DNA of 64,000 nt from the human T2T-CHM13v2.0 reference genome, Homo sapiens: NCBI RefSeq assembly GCF_009914755.1, contig NC_060928.1. One strand, written 5' to 3'. The first letter of the stretch is position 1. Every line of letters begins with the position of its first letter. This document shows positions 51,102 through 62,849 of the stretch, in pieces. The position numbers and the translations under genes are program-made. The notes below the pieces were generated by a model, which was not told where the DNA came from, made no database searches, and was given only the letters and a program-made list of their open reading frames with translations.

Positions 51102-52066
51102 CATTCCATTCTAGAAGAAACATTTCAAATGTTGATTCTCATGTCTTAGTATTCACGGATCGATTACACTTTTAAACAACTGTAAGTTAAAGACAAATTT
51201 ATAACTCTTTTACACTCAGCATGTAAGCTCTTTTCTCTGAGACACAATAGCTTAATTTTTCTTACTATTTGTTCCCAGTTACTCATGACTACTTAATATC
51301 ACAGTTCAGTGTTTCTAGGTGCACAGCCAGTTCACAAGTCCAGCTACAGAGTTTTAGCGTTATCCTCCCCCAAGCCAAATACACTTAAACGAGTATTTAT
51401 TTGAATTAATTAGAAAATTATCACTTAGTTTAAGTAACCTAATTGTTCTCAGCATTGGCAAAAATCCCAAAATTTACAAACTGAATTAAATGTATGTCAC
51501 CAAGGGTAGGGCAAAATAAATCCTATTTAAAATCTTAAAGTGTAAATGAACAGTTGTTAAAATAATTATGAAGTTACATATATAAATGGTAGATGGAGAT
51601 ATATATATATGTGCTTGTATATATATGTATAAGTTTTAAGCACATTACAAAGCAAAGGTTTACAAATAAAAGGTATGACAATTATCTATTGCAACTGTCA
51701 TTTTTCAGAAAATATCATTTATTTCAACAAAATTAATATTCATAGCGAAAAGTGGAACTTTTCATAATATGTATATACACATATGTATGTTTATATAGAA
51801 GAGCAACTATTTGTAGAAAAAATACAGTAAAGAAAATATTGTCATACACAGTGTTACAAACCAGGGAAACCTTATTAAATATTTTATTTGTTACTTTCCA
51901 ATTTTATCTTGTTCTTTCAAATATATAAGGCTAACTTTAGATAGATTATCTAAGAGATTAACAATAGACAGAAGAGCTAAACTGAATAGATAAGATTAGC
52001 AAATATTAAATATAACATTAGATAATTTATATCCAGCAAATACTTATTGAGTGGATAACATGTACA

Positions 52067-52369
52067 TTTTCTTTGTTTGCTTCTTGAGACAGGATCTCTT
52101 TCCATCACCCAGGTTATAGTGCAATGGTGCAAATCATGGCTCACTGCAGCCTTGACCTCCTAGGCTCAGGGGATCCTCCTGCCTCAGCCTCCTAAGTAGT
52201 TAGGACTAGAGTTGGAGGCCACTTCACTGAGCTAATTTTTAATTTTTTAAATTTTTTTTTTAGAGATGGGTCTTGCCCAGGCAGATCTGGAACTCCTGGG
52301 CTCAAGCAATCCTCCTGTCTCGGCTTCCCAAAGTTCTGGGATTACAGGAGTGAGCCATTGAACCCAGCC
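52067..52369 (-). mobile_element. AluJ (Jo/Jb-like) SINE
   Basis: GAGACAGGATCTC..., J-type ATCATGGCTCACTGCAGCCTTGACCTCC and CTCCTGGGCTCAAGCAATCC; TSD-like AACATGTAC/AGCATGTAC. Confidence 0.9.
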
Positions 52370-52437
52370 AGCATGTACTTATAACTGTTCATATCACTGG
52401 GAATAAAGTAGACAAAAGAAAATTCTTGTTCTCATTG

Positions 52438-52566
52438 TATTGTGTGTGTGGGTATATAAATATATATATTTATTTCTACACATTGTGCTGTATATATATG
52501 TGTGTGTGTGTGTATATACATATATACGTATACATATATACACACACACACACACATATATGTGTA
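52438..52566. repeat. Compound (TG)n/(TA)n/(CA)n microsatellite
   Basis: TG, TA and CA runs in succession. Confidence 0.9.
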
Positions 52567-52650
52567 AAGGAAAAAGACATTAAACAAACATAAATAATAA
52601 AACAATCTATAAATAGTGCTATAAAGATAAAAAACTGTAGAAAGTGTTTC

Positions 52651-54708
52651 AACATTCCCCTTGAAAACTGACACACGACAAAGATGCCCTCTCCCACCAC
52701 TCCTATTCAACATAGTTCTGGAAGTTCTGGCCATGGCAATAAAGCAAGAGAAAGAAACAAAGGTATTAAAATAGGAAGAGAGGAAGCCAAGTTGTCTCTG
52801 TTTGCAGATGACGTGATTCTATATTTAGAAAACCCCATCATCTCAACCCAAAAGCTGCTTAGGCTGATAATTTCAGCAAATTCTCAGGATACAAAATTAA
52901 TGTGCAAAAATCACAAGCATCCTTATACACCAACAACAGATAAGCAGAGAGCCAAATCATGAATGAATTCCTACTCATAATTGCCACAAAGAGAATAAAA
53001 TACCTAGGAATACAGCTAACAAGGGAAGTTAAGGACCTCTTCAAGGAGAGCTAGAAACCACTGCTCAAGGTAATAAGAGAGGACACAAACAAATGCAAAA
53101 ACATTCCATGCTCATGGATAGGAAGAATCAATATCATGAAAATGACCATATTGCCCAAAGCAAATTACAGATTCAATGCTATTCCCATTAAACTACCATT
53201 GACATTCTTCACTGAGTTAGAAAAACTTTTAAATTCATATCAAACCCTAAAAGAGCCCATATAGCCAAGACAATCCTAACGAAAAATAACAAAGCTGGAG
53301 GCATCACACTACCCAACTTCAAACTATTCTATTTAATACAAAGCTACTGTAACAAAAACAGCATGAAACTGGTACGAAAACAGACACATAGACCAATGGA
53401 ACAGAATAGAAAACTCAGAATTAAGATCACACACCTACAACCATCTGATCTCTGACATATCTGATAAAAACTGTCAATGGGGAAAGGATTCCCTATTTAA
53501 CAAATAGTGATGGGAAAACTGGCTAGCCATATACATAAATTGAAACTGGAGCCCTTCATTACACCTTATACAAAAATTAGCTCAAGATGAATCATAGACT
53601 TAAATGTAAAACCCGAAACTCTAGAAACCCTAGAAGAAAATGTCTGAATACCATTAAAGACATAGGCATGGGCAAAAATTTCATGATGAAAATGCCAAAA
53701 GCAATTGCAACAAAAGGAAAAATTGACAAATGGGATCTAATTAAACTAAAATATTTCTGCACAGAAAAGACAACTATCATCAAAGTGAACAGACAACCTA
53801 CAGAATATGAGAAAAATTTTTCAATCTGTCCATCTGACAAAGGTCTAATATCTAAAGTCTACAAGGAACTTAAAAAAAATTACAAGAAAAAAACAACTTC
53901 ATCAAAAAGTGGTCAAAGGGCATGGACAGACTCTTCTCAAAAGAAGACATTCATGTGGCCAAAAAACATATGACCAAAAGTTCAACATCACTGATCATTA
54001 GAGAAATGCAAATAAAACCACAATGACATTTCATCTATCACCAGTCAGAATGGCAATTGTTGAAAAGTCAAGAAACAACAGATGCTGTTGAGGTTGCGAA
54101 GAAACAGGAACACTTTCACACTGTTGGTGGGAATGTAAATTAGTTCAACCATTGTGGAAGACAGTGTGGCGATCCTCAAAGTTCTAGAAGCAGAAATACC
54201 ATTTGACCCTGCAATTCCATTACTCGGTATATACCCAGAGGAATATAAATTGTTCTATTGTAAAGATACATGCACATGTAGGTTCACTGCAGCACTATCC
54301 ACAATAGCAAAGATATCGAATCAACCCAAATGACCATCAATGATAGATTGGATAAAGAAAATGTGTTACATATACACAATGGAGTATGATGCAGCCATAA
54401 AAAGGAATGAGATCATGTTATTTGCAGGGACATGGATAGAGCTGGAAGCCATTATTCTCAGCAAACTAACACAGGAACAGAAACCCAAACACCACAGGGT
54501 CTCACTTGTAAATGGGAGCTGAACCATGAGAACACGTGGATACAGGTTGTGGGGGAGGGAGGTGGAACAACATACATTGGAGCCTGAAAGTAGGGTGGGG
54601 TGGAGGGAGAGCATCAGAAAGAATTGCTAATGCATGCTGGGCTTAATACCTAGGTATGGGTTGATCTATGCATCAAACCACCATGGCACGTGTTTACCTA
54701 TATAACAA
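52651..54708 (+). mobile_element. L1PA11-13-like element, 5'-truncated and lacking its terminal 3' bases and poly-A
   Basis: Decayed ORF2 RT region (ORF 52684: [16 protein letters not shown]; ORF 53587: [10 protein letters not shown]) and 3'UTR GCTAATGCATGCTGGGCTTAATACCTAGG ending at ACCTATATAACAAA. Confidence 0.93.
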
Positions 54709-55323
54709 ATATAAGAAATGTAATCTTTAAATATGATAAGAAAATATTTCTATAAAAAGGTATTATTTTGCACCTGAATGAAAGAAGAGTCACGAATTTG
54801 TGTGGAAGGTGAAACAGTATATACAAAGGTAAGGATCAGAACATTACTGGTGTGTTTTCAGAAAAGCAAGGCCAGATTAATTGTAATAAAAAGAGAAAGG
54901 GGGAAAGTAATAGGAAATGAAGGTATGGGTGAGGATCGCGATGGAGAAGCAGATTGCAAATGGCTTTCAAGGCCAATGTAAGACCTCGGATTTTAATTTG
55001 GGAAAGGAGGATAGCCTCAGAGGCATTTGGGCTAGAAAGTGAAATGATTAGATTCATGTTCTACAAAGACAACTCTCATGGTGTGTGTGGAATAGGGATT
55101 GCATTGGCGACACAAAAGTTAAAATAAAATACCACATAGGTGGCTACTACTAAAATTCAGTAAGATAGCATTCCAATCAGGGTCATAACTATTGGAGATA
55201 GTGAGAAGTTCTCAGATTCTGAATAGATATTTTGCATGTAGAAAATACTAGATTATCTGACATATTGAAAAAATGCTGTCAGTAAAAGTAAACACTCTTA
55301 GGCTTATAGATTTGGCCTGGAAA

Positions 55324-55357
55324 GTGTGTGTTTGTGTGTGTGTGTGTGTGTGTGTTT
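55324..55357. repeat. (TG)n microsatellite
   Basis: GTGTGTGTTTGTGTGTGTGTGTGTGTGTGTGT. Confidence 0.9.
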
Positions 55358-55359
55358 GT

Positions 55360-55500
55360 CCATTAATGGTTTGTATCTGCCACTAAAATGTAGAGCCAAG
55401 AAGATATGAATTTTTATTTTCTTAATTGCTGAATCTTCAGAGCCTAGAATGAACATGGCACACAAATGCTCAATAAATGAATGAACTGATGAATGAATGG
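55360..55500 (+). mobile_element. L2 3' tail (sense) inside the antisense L2
   Basis: CCACTAAAATGTAGAGCC ... CAGAGCCTAGAA ... TGCTCAATAAATGAATGAACTGATGAATGAATG. Confidence 0.7.
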
Positions 55501-55664
55501 GGTATACTTGAGGTGGGAAGAAATAATTAAGTTTTCAAAATGGAAGTCTGAAATACCATTAATATATCTAAATACAGAAATTGAGAAGGAAGCCCTATAT
55601 ATAAGACTGGATTCAAGGAAGAGATCAAATTATGGATTTAAACTTGGAGTGACCATTATATTTA

Positions 55665-55860
55665 TTAGTGGCTTCCAACCTTGGCTGATTACTAGAATTA
55701 CTGGGTGATATGTTTATAATACATATGTGTCTGGATCTCAGGGTAGAACAATTTATTCAGAATTAAAAAAAGGTGCTGTGTGCATTAGTGTGTACGTGTT
55801 TGTAGGTGGGCATATTTAAATAACCCATATGATTCTAATGTGGAGCTAGTACAAATGCCA
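55665..55860. mobile_element. MER5A/B (hAT-Charlie) element
   Basis: AGTGGCTTCCAACCTTGGCTG..ACTAGAATTACTGGG ... TGATTCTAATGTG. Confidence 0.55.
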
Positions 55861-55894
55861 TTTAAAATGAAGGGTTTGTATGATTTTACTTAGA

Positions 55895-56050
55895 GGTGTG
55901 GTTCTAAGTCTTGGCTGGGAATTAGAATCTGCTGCAGGAATTGTGTAATATTTATGTCCGGGTTATTCTCTAAGCCAATAAAATAAAAATCACATATTTT
56001 TCAATTTATCAAGGTTATTCCAACATGCAGTCAGGTTGAGAAGCAATGAC
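55895..56050. mobile_element. MER5A/B (hAT-Charlie) element
   Basis: GTGGTTCTAAGTCTTGGCTG..ATTAGAATC ... TTATTCCAACATGCAGTCAGGTTGAGAAGCAATG. Confidence 0.55.
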
Positions 56051-57443
56051 TTAGAGAATGGTTGTTGATAAATAAATGGAACGTGTCTGAAATCTGAGCC
56101 TTAGGCTATTTCACATTTAACGGCAGAAAAATGGATAGGCTCCAACAAAGAAGAATGAAAAGGACCAGACAAGTAGGTTAAGGAGAAAGTGTGAGTGCAC
56201 TTCCTATGCCAAGTGAAGATGATGTTAGATCAAGTGCATTAAAATGCTGCTGACATTGAGTTTAAACATAACTATGGGTATAGGCTTGTGAAGGTTGTTG
56301 TTGAGCTACACAAAAGCACTTTTGGTGAAGTTGTAGATGGAGTATTGGGGGAGGTCAATAGGCAACGAAGAAACAAAGAAGATAGAGAGACAGTGAGTTG
56401 GTGCAAAATTTGAAGACATTTTTTCTGTGAAAGACAACAGGATATTGGGGAGGTACTTGGAATGATGGACAATGGAATAATTTTTTAAAGGGAAACATTA
56501 TATTATATTTGTTTGATGGGTATGATCAAATAGAATGTGAAAAAATTGAGAATGCAGATTAAAGAGGGGAACATTGTTTGTATGGCACTTGAGTGGGCAT
56601 GAGCAATGTTATCCTCATGTGCACAAGTAGAGGGATTGGTCTGAGAAAGGTGCATAGAAGGTTATCCACTGTGACAGAAGGCAAGTTAGCATACATGGAA
56701 CCAATCTAGGGAGGTTAGTAGCTTTGTTAGTGTGGAAATATGAAAGCTGTTTTCATACTGTTCCAATTCTTCATTGATCATCCAAGCAGGAGTCAGGTTA
56801 TTAGAGGAAGGCTGTTGGTGAGAAAAAAAAGTGCGATAAAATCATCTGTAAAATAAGAAAATAAAATGATGGCAAAATTATAAAATTTTATCTTCTATTC
56901 ACATTGTAAAGATTTTGTACACATTCAAAGTTGTCGCAGTAATTTGTAGCTACAGGTTCGGTGTGAAGAGTGCTTGCCTAATGCCATTTGTCAGTTTTAA
57001 GTTGAGATATTTAGAGAAGGCAAGAGTTATAACAATGTTTTGAGATGACCAAAGTTTTCAATACCACTTGTTAGCCTTTTCTCATCAGTAATTATCTAAG
57101 AAGAATGTTCTTTCCCAAAATGTCTCAAAATATTTCATGCAAAAACTATATTTTTACATACCTGTTTGGGATGAAAATTTCACTCTGTGCCTGTCCACTA
57201 ATTAGATAACTGTTTTAATTGAAAATTTTAAAAATATTGCTATTCTTCACATTTGCCATGCCTTTAAAGAAGAAAAATTCTTCTTTAATGGAGGAAAGAT
57301 TATTTCAACTGGTATAACGAAAGACTACCAAAATTGGATTGGTGCCTGTCTTGTCCACTGAGGCCTATGGAAGGTAGCTTAGGTTATGGAGACTATCATC
57401 TCAACAGCTCTATGTTAGGACAACTGGTAAATATAAGTAGTTT

Positions 57444-58010
57444 TGTTGATGGCTGTTATGAAATCTTGGTTTTTGTCTTCTTGGTTTAAAACAATTTAAA
57501 CAAGAGACACACAGCAAAGGAGATGCAGCATGGAGCAACATATTGCAAAGAAGAAAGAATATTCTGAAAGTTAGGTGCAGAATAGAAAATACACCCCAAG
57601 AGACAATTCAGAACGGGTTTCTTGTAAGGATGAGACAGTGTTCAATTACTGGGGAAACTCCCTTTATGGTAATCTTACATGATTATTCATAAGGAGCTGG
57701 GAAGACGTGCTACCAGTAAGCATGTTTTGGGTGGTCCTCTGAGTGCACATGCACAGTAGCTATGCATGCTTGTTCACACATCACATGTCTTATTTGCATT
57801 CTAAATCTCCCCCTGGGGTGTGTTTTTTACTATTATTATGAGCAAAGGGTGAGTTTGAAGATAGGTAAAATCAAAATGTGCAAGCTGACTTCAGGGGAAA
57901 CTCCATACTGGAGGTAGCTTTGCTTTAATGAGCTTGATTATGACGTGAATGCTGAGGCTTACTGTGTTGATGAGGACATGGTTACTTCTTTGACTACATA
58001 TCCTGCCTCA
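57444..58010 (-). mobile_element. ERV1-class solo LTR (MER61/LTR9-like)
   Basis: TG...CA ends (TGTTGATGG ... GACTACATATCCTGCCTCA), 4-bp TSD GTTT (57440-43 and 58011-14), motifs TTTAAACAAGAGACACACAGC and ATGATTATTCAT; subfamily uncertain. Confidence 0.8.
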
Positions 58011-59156
58011 GTTTGGCAAAGTGCTAAAATGGAACCATAAACTAAATGCCTTTTGTAAAAAATTATGCTCGTTTTGAATTACTTTTGAATATTTAACTAT
58101 GCCTTTTTATTTTTTCTTTTCAAAGTGAAAACTTGGAAAATGAGCTATGTGCTATTGGGTTCATCATGCTAACTGTCATGTACCACCTAGAATACTGGGA
58201 CTAAAAGCAGTTCCTAAACTTTTCAAACTTTTTGTATAATGTTAAAGAATTTTAATTATTGTTGTTACTTATTTTTGGTCAGAATATACTTATTAACTTC
58301 AATTTGCCTTTGAATTTTTTTAACATTTATGATTCAGATTTGTTTACTCCTGATCTCAGCTGTTAAGATTTGGTAAATTACATATACACACACCAAAAGA
58401 ATGTCTGACAACGTTAGAACAAACTCTCTTCTGACCTAGAATACTAATACTAAACTTTCTACATAATAATAACATCCCTTCCATAAAATATATGATAAAG
58501 AATTAATCAGAAAAAAATGTCTAAGATTATATTGTAAAATAAAAGAAAATACAAAGGAAAAAAGAGGGAGATAGCTAAATTTGAAACAAAAAATCCACAA
58601 AATTATTTTAATTTCATGACAATATAAATATTACTAAAATTTATTATTTTATTAATAGGTATTAATAATATATCAATAAATTATCTCATTATTTTAAATT
58701 ATTTTATATTATAATTTTATGGTAATTTCATTAAACTTGAACAATTGAGACATTTATTTTTAAAAAAATTTTTGATGGAAAACTATGAAAGGGAAGCATT
58801 TTTGTGCTCTAAGGGTTACTGGATATAAGAATGTTATTTAACAGTCATATTTGAGGAAGCTACCAATACAATCCTTATTTTAAAGGTAAGTAAATCGAAA
58901 ATGAGAAAGCTTCATCAACAAATTCAGTTCTAAAAGGCAGAGTCTAACAATGTTTCTGATTGTAAATTTAACACTCATCTCTATGATATATAATTAATTA
59001 TAGAAAAATATTTAGGGACTTAAGTTACCATATTATGTAATATTCTATAGATAACTTTTCTGTATTATATATTTTTTGTGTGTAAGAGAAATATGTTAAA
59101 TGTATCAGGGACCAAAGTAAGGATATTTACCACTCTAAAAACAAAGCATATATATC

Positions 59157-59518
59157 TTTTTAGTTTTTAAAATTATTGACACATTAAAATTATGCATATT
59201 TATGGTGATACTTAAAGTGATATTTCAATACATGTATACAGGCTATAATTAAATCTGCATAATTAGCACATCCTCAAAGATTTCTTCAAACATTTATCAT
59301 TTATTTGTGTTGGAAACATTCAAAAGCTCTTCTTGCTATTTGAAAATAAGTAACACTACAATGCTAAAGAACACTAGAAGTTATTCCTCATAACTAGCTA
59401 TAATTTTGTACCTGTGAACCAACCTATCCCTATATTCCTGTCCCATCTACTCTTCCCATCCTTTAGTAACCAGTATTCTACTCTCCACCTCTATGAGATA
59501 AACTTTTTTTAGCTTCCA
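59157..59518 (-). mobile_element. L1MA (MA7/8-like) 3' end
   Basis: CAAACATTTATCATTTATTTGTGTTGGAAACATTCAAAA ... GTAACCAGTATTCTACTCTCCACCTCTATGAGAT. Confidence 0.85.
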
Positions 59519-59649
59519 TTCAATATATTATGCTACAGAGAAAAGCTGGTTTTGTTATTTGCCTTCCAAAATTGTGTATGTGTGGGAGGGAGCTTAAGTA
59601 AATAGCACTCCCCAATATAAGCCACAATAATTTATGCAGTAAATAAAAA

Positions 59650-59870
59650 ATTCACTAAGTTTGACACTATGCTAAGTTTTTAGACATATCTTGTCTGTTA
59701 TAATATTCACACTAACCCAGTGAGCTGAGCATTACTACCTGTTAATTCCTCTGGGCTTAGGAACTCCAATGACATGCCCAGGTAATATTTCTAGAATGTG
59801 ACAATAAAGGTATAAAATATATAAACCTAGGTCTTCCTTCCACTTCAAGTACTGTGATGTCTCTCATATG
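59650..59870 (-). mobile_element. MIR fragment
   Basis: GACACTATGCTAAG, TAATATTCACACTAACCC, TGACATGCCCAGG, AAACCTAGGTCTTC. Confidence 0.5.
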
Positions 59871-60189
59871 CCACGTTAGTCCTAGATAGTCAGAATCAAT
59901 ATATGTGACAATCAGTTTATGGCTATATTTGACACAGTGATAGATCGATTAGTGCAATCAGTGAGGATAATAATCTTTAATACAGTCTGTGATGATAAAA
60001 TAGGAGCTGAAATTAAAGAACAGATAGTCTAAGACCTATACTTAGGAAATAGATGGACAAGAAACAACTTGTATTTCATTCAGAGAATGAAAAAATAAAC
60101 ATGAGATAATTTCAGTCTCAAGCAGTATAAGACAATGTATATAAAGAAAGTATTTAGAAAAGAGTAGTAGAAGTAAATCCATATAGATG

Positions 60190-60582
60190 TAATATGGTTT
60201 GGCTCTGTGTTCCCACCCAAATCTCATCTCAAATTGTAATCCCTACATGACATGGGAGATACCTAGTGGGCATTTATTGAATCATGGGGGCAGACTTTCC
60301 CTTGCTGTTCTTGTGATAGTAAGTTCTCATGAGGTCTGATGGTTTAAAAGATAGACCTGATGGTTTAAAAGTCAGATTGTTTAAAAGGCACTTCCTCATT
60401 CTCTCCCTGTTTCCTGCTGCCATGTAAGACTTGCCTTGCTTCCCCATCACCTTCCACTGTGATTGTAAGTTTCCTGAGTCCTCTCCAACCATGCAGAACT
60501 GTGAGTCCTTTAAACCTCTTTTGTTTATACATTACCAAGTCTCAGGTAGTTCTATATAGCAGTATGAAAATGGACTAATATA
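60190..60582 (+). mobile_element. MSTA/THE1-related MaLR solo LTR
   Basis: TAATATGGTTTGGCTCTGTGTTCCCACCCAAATCTCATCTC ... GATTGTAAGTTTCCTGAG ... GAAAATGGACTAATATA. Confidence 0.9.
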
Positions 60583-62849
60583 GATCTATTGTTAATTTTC
60601 TAATTTCTTTATAAAATTATTTTTTGCCTCTCATTTAAGATTACCTGACCATGATCCTGGAAATTATACTTCATTGATTGTCAAAAATGCATAGTAGTAT
60701 GCTCCAAGGATCAATCTTGTTGTACCCTGAAAAGAATAGTACCAATATTGGCTTCTTGTACAGATACTATTCATTTATTGCACAATGATTCATCAATAAC
60801 AGGTGATATCATATTTATGGAATATTTATGTTGCTTAAGTTGGATTCTCTTTTTAATGACACAGAGGTGGTAAATTAAAAAAAAAATGTTTTTAAGGCAA
60901 CAGCAACACACACTTTTTTGTTTTAAAATACTTTTACTAACTTAATATAAGACTTATACTTAGGAAATAGATGGACAAGAAAAAGTTTGTATTTGATTCA
61001 AGGAATGAAATAAAACATGAGATAATTTCAGTCTCAAGCAGTATAAGACAATGTATATAAAGTATAAATGTTACTGATTTCTTCTCATATTTACTCAACT
61101 GACCCATAGTTGTTAGGTCATAGATAGTATATATTCTACTTTACCAAGTAGATTATTTTTCTTAATTATATGCAAATAGCTTTCTGAGCAGAGATTTTTC
61201 TGATTACCTGTGTAAAATCTCTTGTCCACATTTCATATAGCATCTTAAGAAAAACAACATTACCATATAAATACAATCATTTGCTTTCAAATTTTGATAA
61301 AATGAACTTATTCATTCGAAAAATTAAGTATTAACATAGTGTGTGATATTTATAGCAAAACCATTCTTACGCTGCTCATATCATTTCCCAATAAAAATAT
61401 ATAGCCAGAACTGTCATCTTAACAGAAAAATAAGAAAAGGAAACACTACAATGCAAAGAAACACTGCGATGCATGCATGTTCAAGAATAAATAAATAGAT
61501 TACTTTCTCCACAAAAGAAATGTGTTGTCTTACGAAGCTCCTTCTTCTGGGCCATGTCTGCATCAGAGATGAGCTTCTCCCCTTGTCCTTGTAGACAAGT
61601 ATAGAGGTGGAACTACCCATAGTAGTTGTTATCAGTAGCTACTGATATTTATTTAAAGTGGCTTTCTTCTTCATGTTTACTTACAATTTTTTTCTTAGTA
61701 AACTTAAGGAAAATAATAAAGCAAAGAAAATACATATTAATTCATTAATTTTGGCTAAGCACTGATTTATTATAATCATAAACAAAACATAATATTTTCA
61801 TTAAAAATCTTAATATATGCAAATACAGAGGTAGAACTATCAATAGTAGTTGTTATCAGTAGCTAGCTACTGATATCTATTTAAAGTAGCTGTCTTGTCC
61901 AATTCAAAAATGGGGCATAAGTAAATTCACTATAGTAAAATATGTATAGGATATTCTGATCTTGGACTCACATATCTACTCTTCTACTGATGAGTATTCT
62001 TTTTTATTAATGTAATAATGCAATTATTTATATAATAATACAATTTATGTAATAATACAATGCATTTGAAGAAAAATATACACTCTCACAAGTTATAGGC
62101 ATTTAACTTTCAACAACTAAATAATTTGGTTTTAATTTAGAGATTGTTTTGAAACTAAAATATATAAGTATAGTAAAATAAAAGTCACAGTGTTATAAAA
62201 TATAAACCCAACTAATTACAGTATATGTAATTATTTTGTTCTATAACTGAATTAATGTATCACAAATGACCTTTTTCCTTCTTAACTTGGTTTGAGAATA
62301 AACTTTTATAATTATAAATATGTAAAATATATCTAGGTATTATATAAAAACTTAGACTGCCAGAGGCTATTATTAATATAATAATGTGACAAGAGAAAAT
62401 AATAATATTTAATATAATCTTGACCTAGTTATATCCTTTCTCCAAGAAGACTCTGAGATTTCTGGTAGACATTTCTCTCTTTTTCAATATGCAACGCAAA
62501 CTGAATTTATTTCTACTTCATACAAGGAAAGGTTGCACCTCCACATATGCATCAAGCAGCAGATGCCAGATTTAAAAGATAAGACAGAACCTTTGTTCAA
62601 ATGCCAATCAATAAACTGGGAAACTCACCACACGTCTCCTTCAGGATGGGACAGTGGTCTGGGCCATACCTTCACAGAAGTGAGTCCAAGGGCAGAGATA
62701 CAGGGTCTTTGGGCTCTTACCTCTCAAAATAAGAAAGATAGAGTTGGAAGAATATATTCATAGAAATTCTTACCTTTATTTTTATTATAAAACCCAACGT
62801 TTGAAAGTGTGTCAGTACTTCTTGCACTTGGGCAAATAAACAATACTTC

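Larger units (their letters stand above)
52030..56860 (-). mobile_element. Long fragmented L2 hosting nested insertions
   Basis: Antisense tail CAGCAAATACTTATTGAG at about 52035; L2 motifs resume at 54720 (TTTCAGAAAAGCAAGGCCAG, AGGCCAATGTAAGAC, CCAAGTGAAGA, GTGCACAAGTAGAGGGATTGG). Confidence 0.7.

Noticed and set aside
52684-53973. ORFs with reverse-transcriptase motifs ([15 protein letters not shown])
   Set aside because: Frameshifted, stop-containing remnants of L1 ORF2 in a truncated element; not a functional gene.
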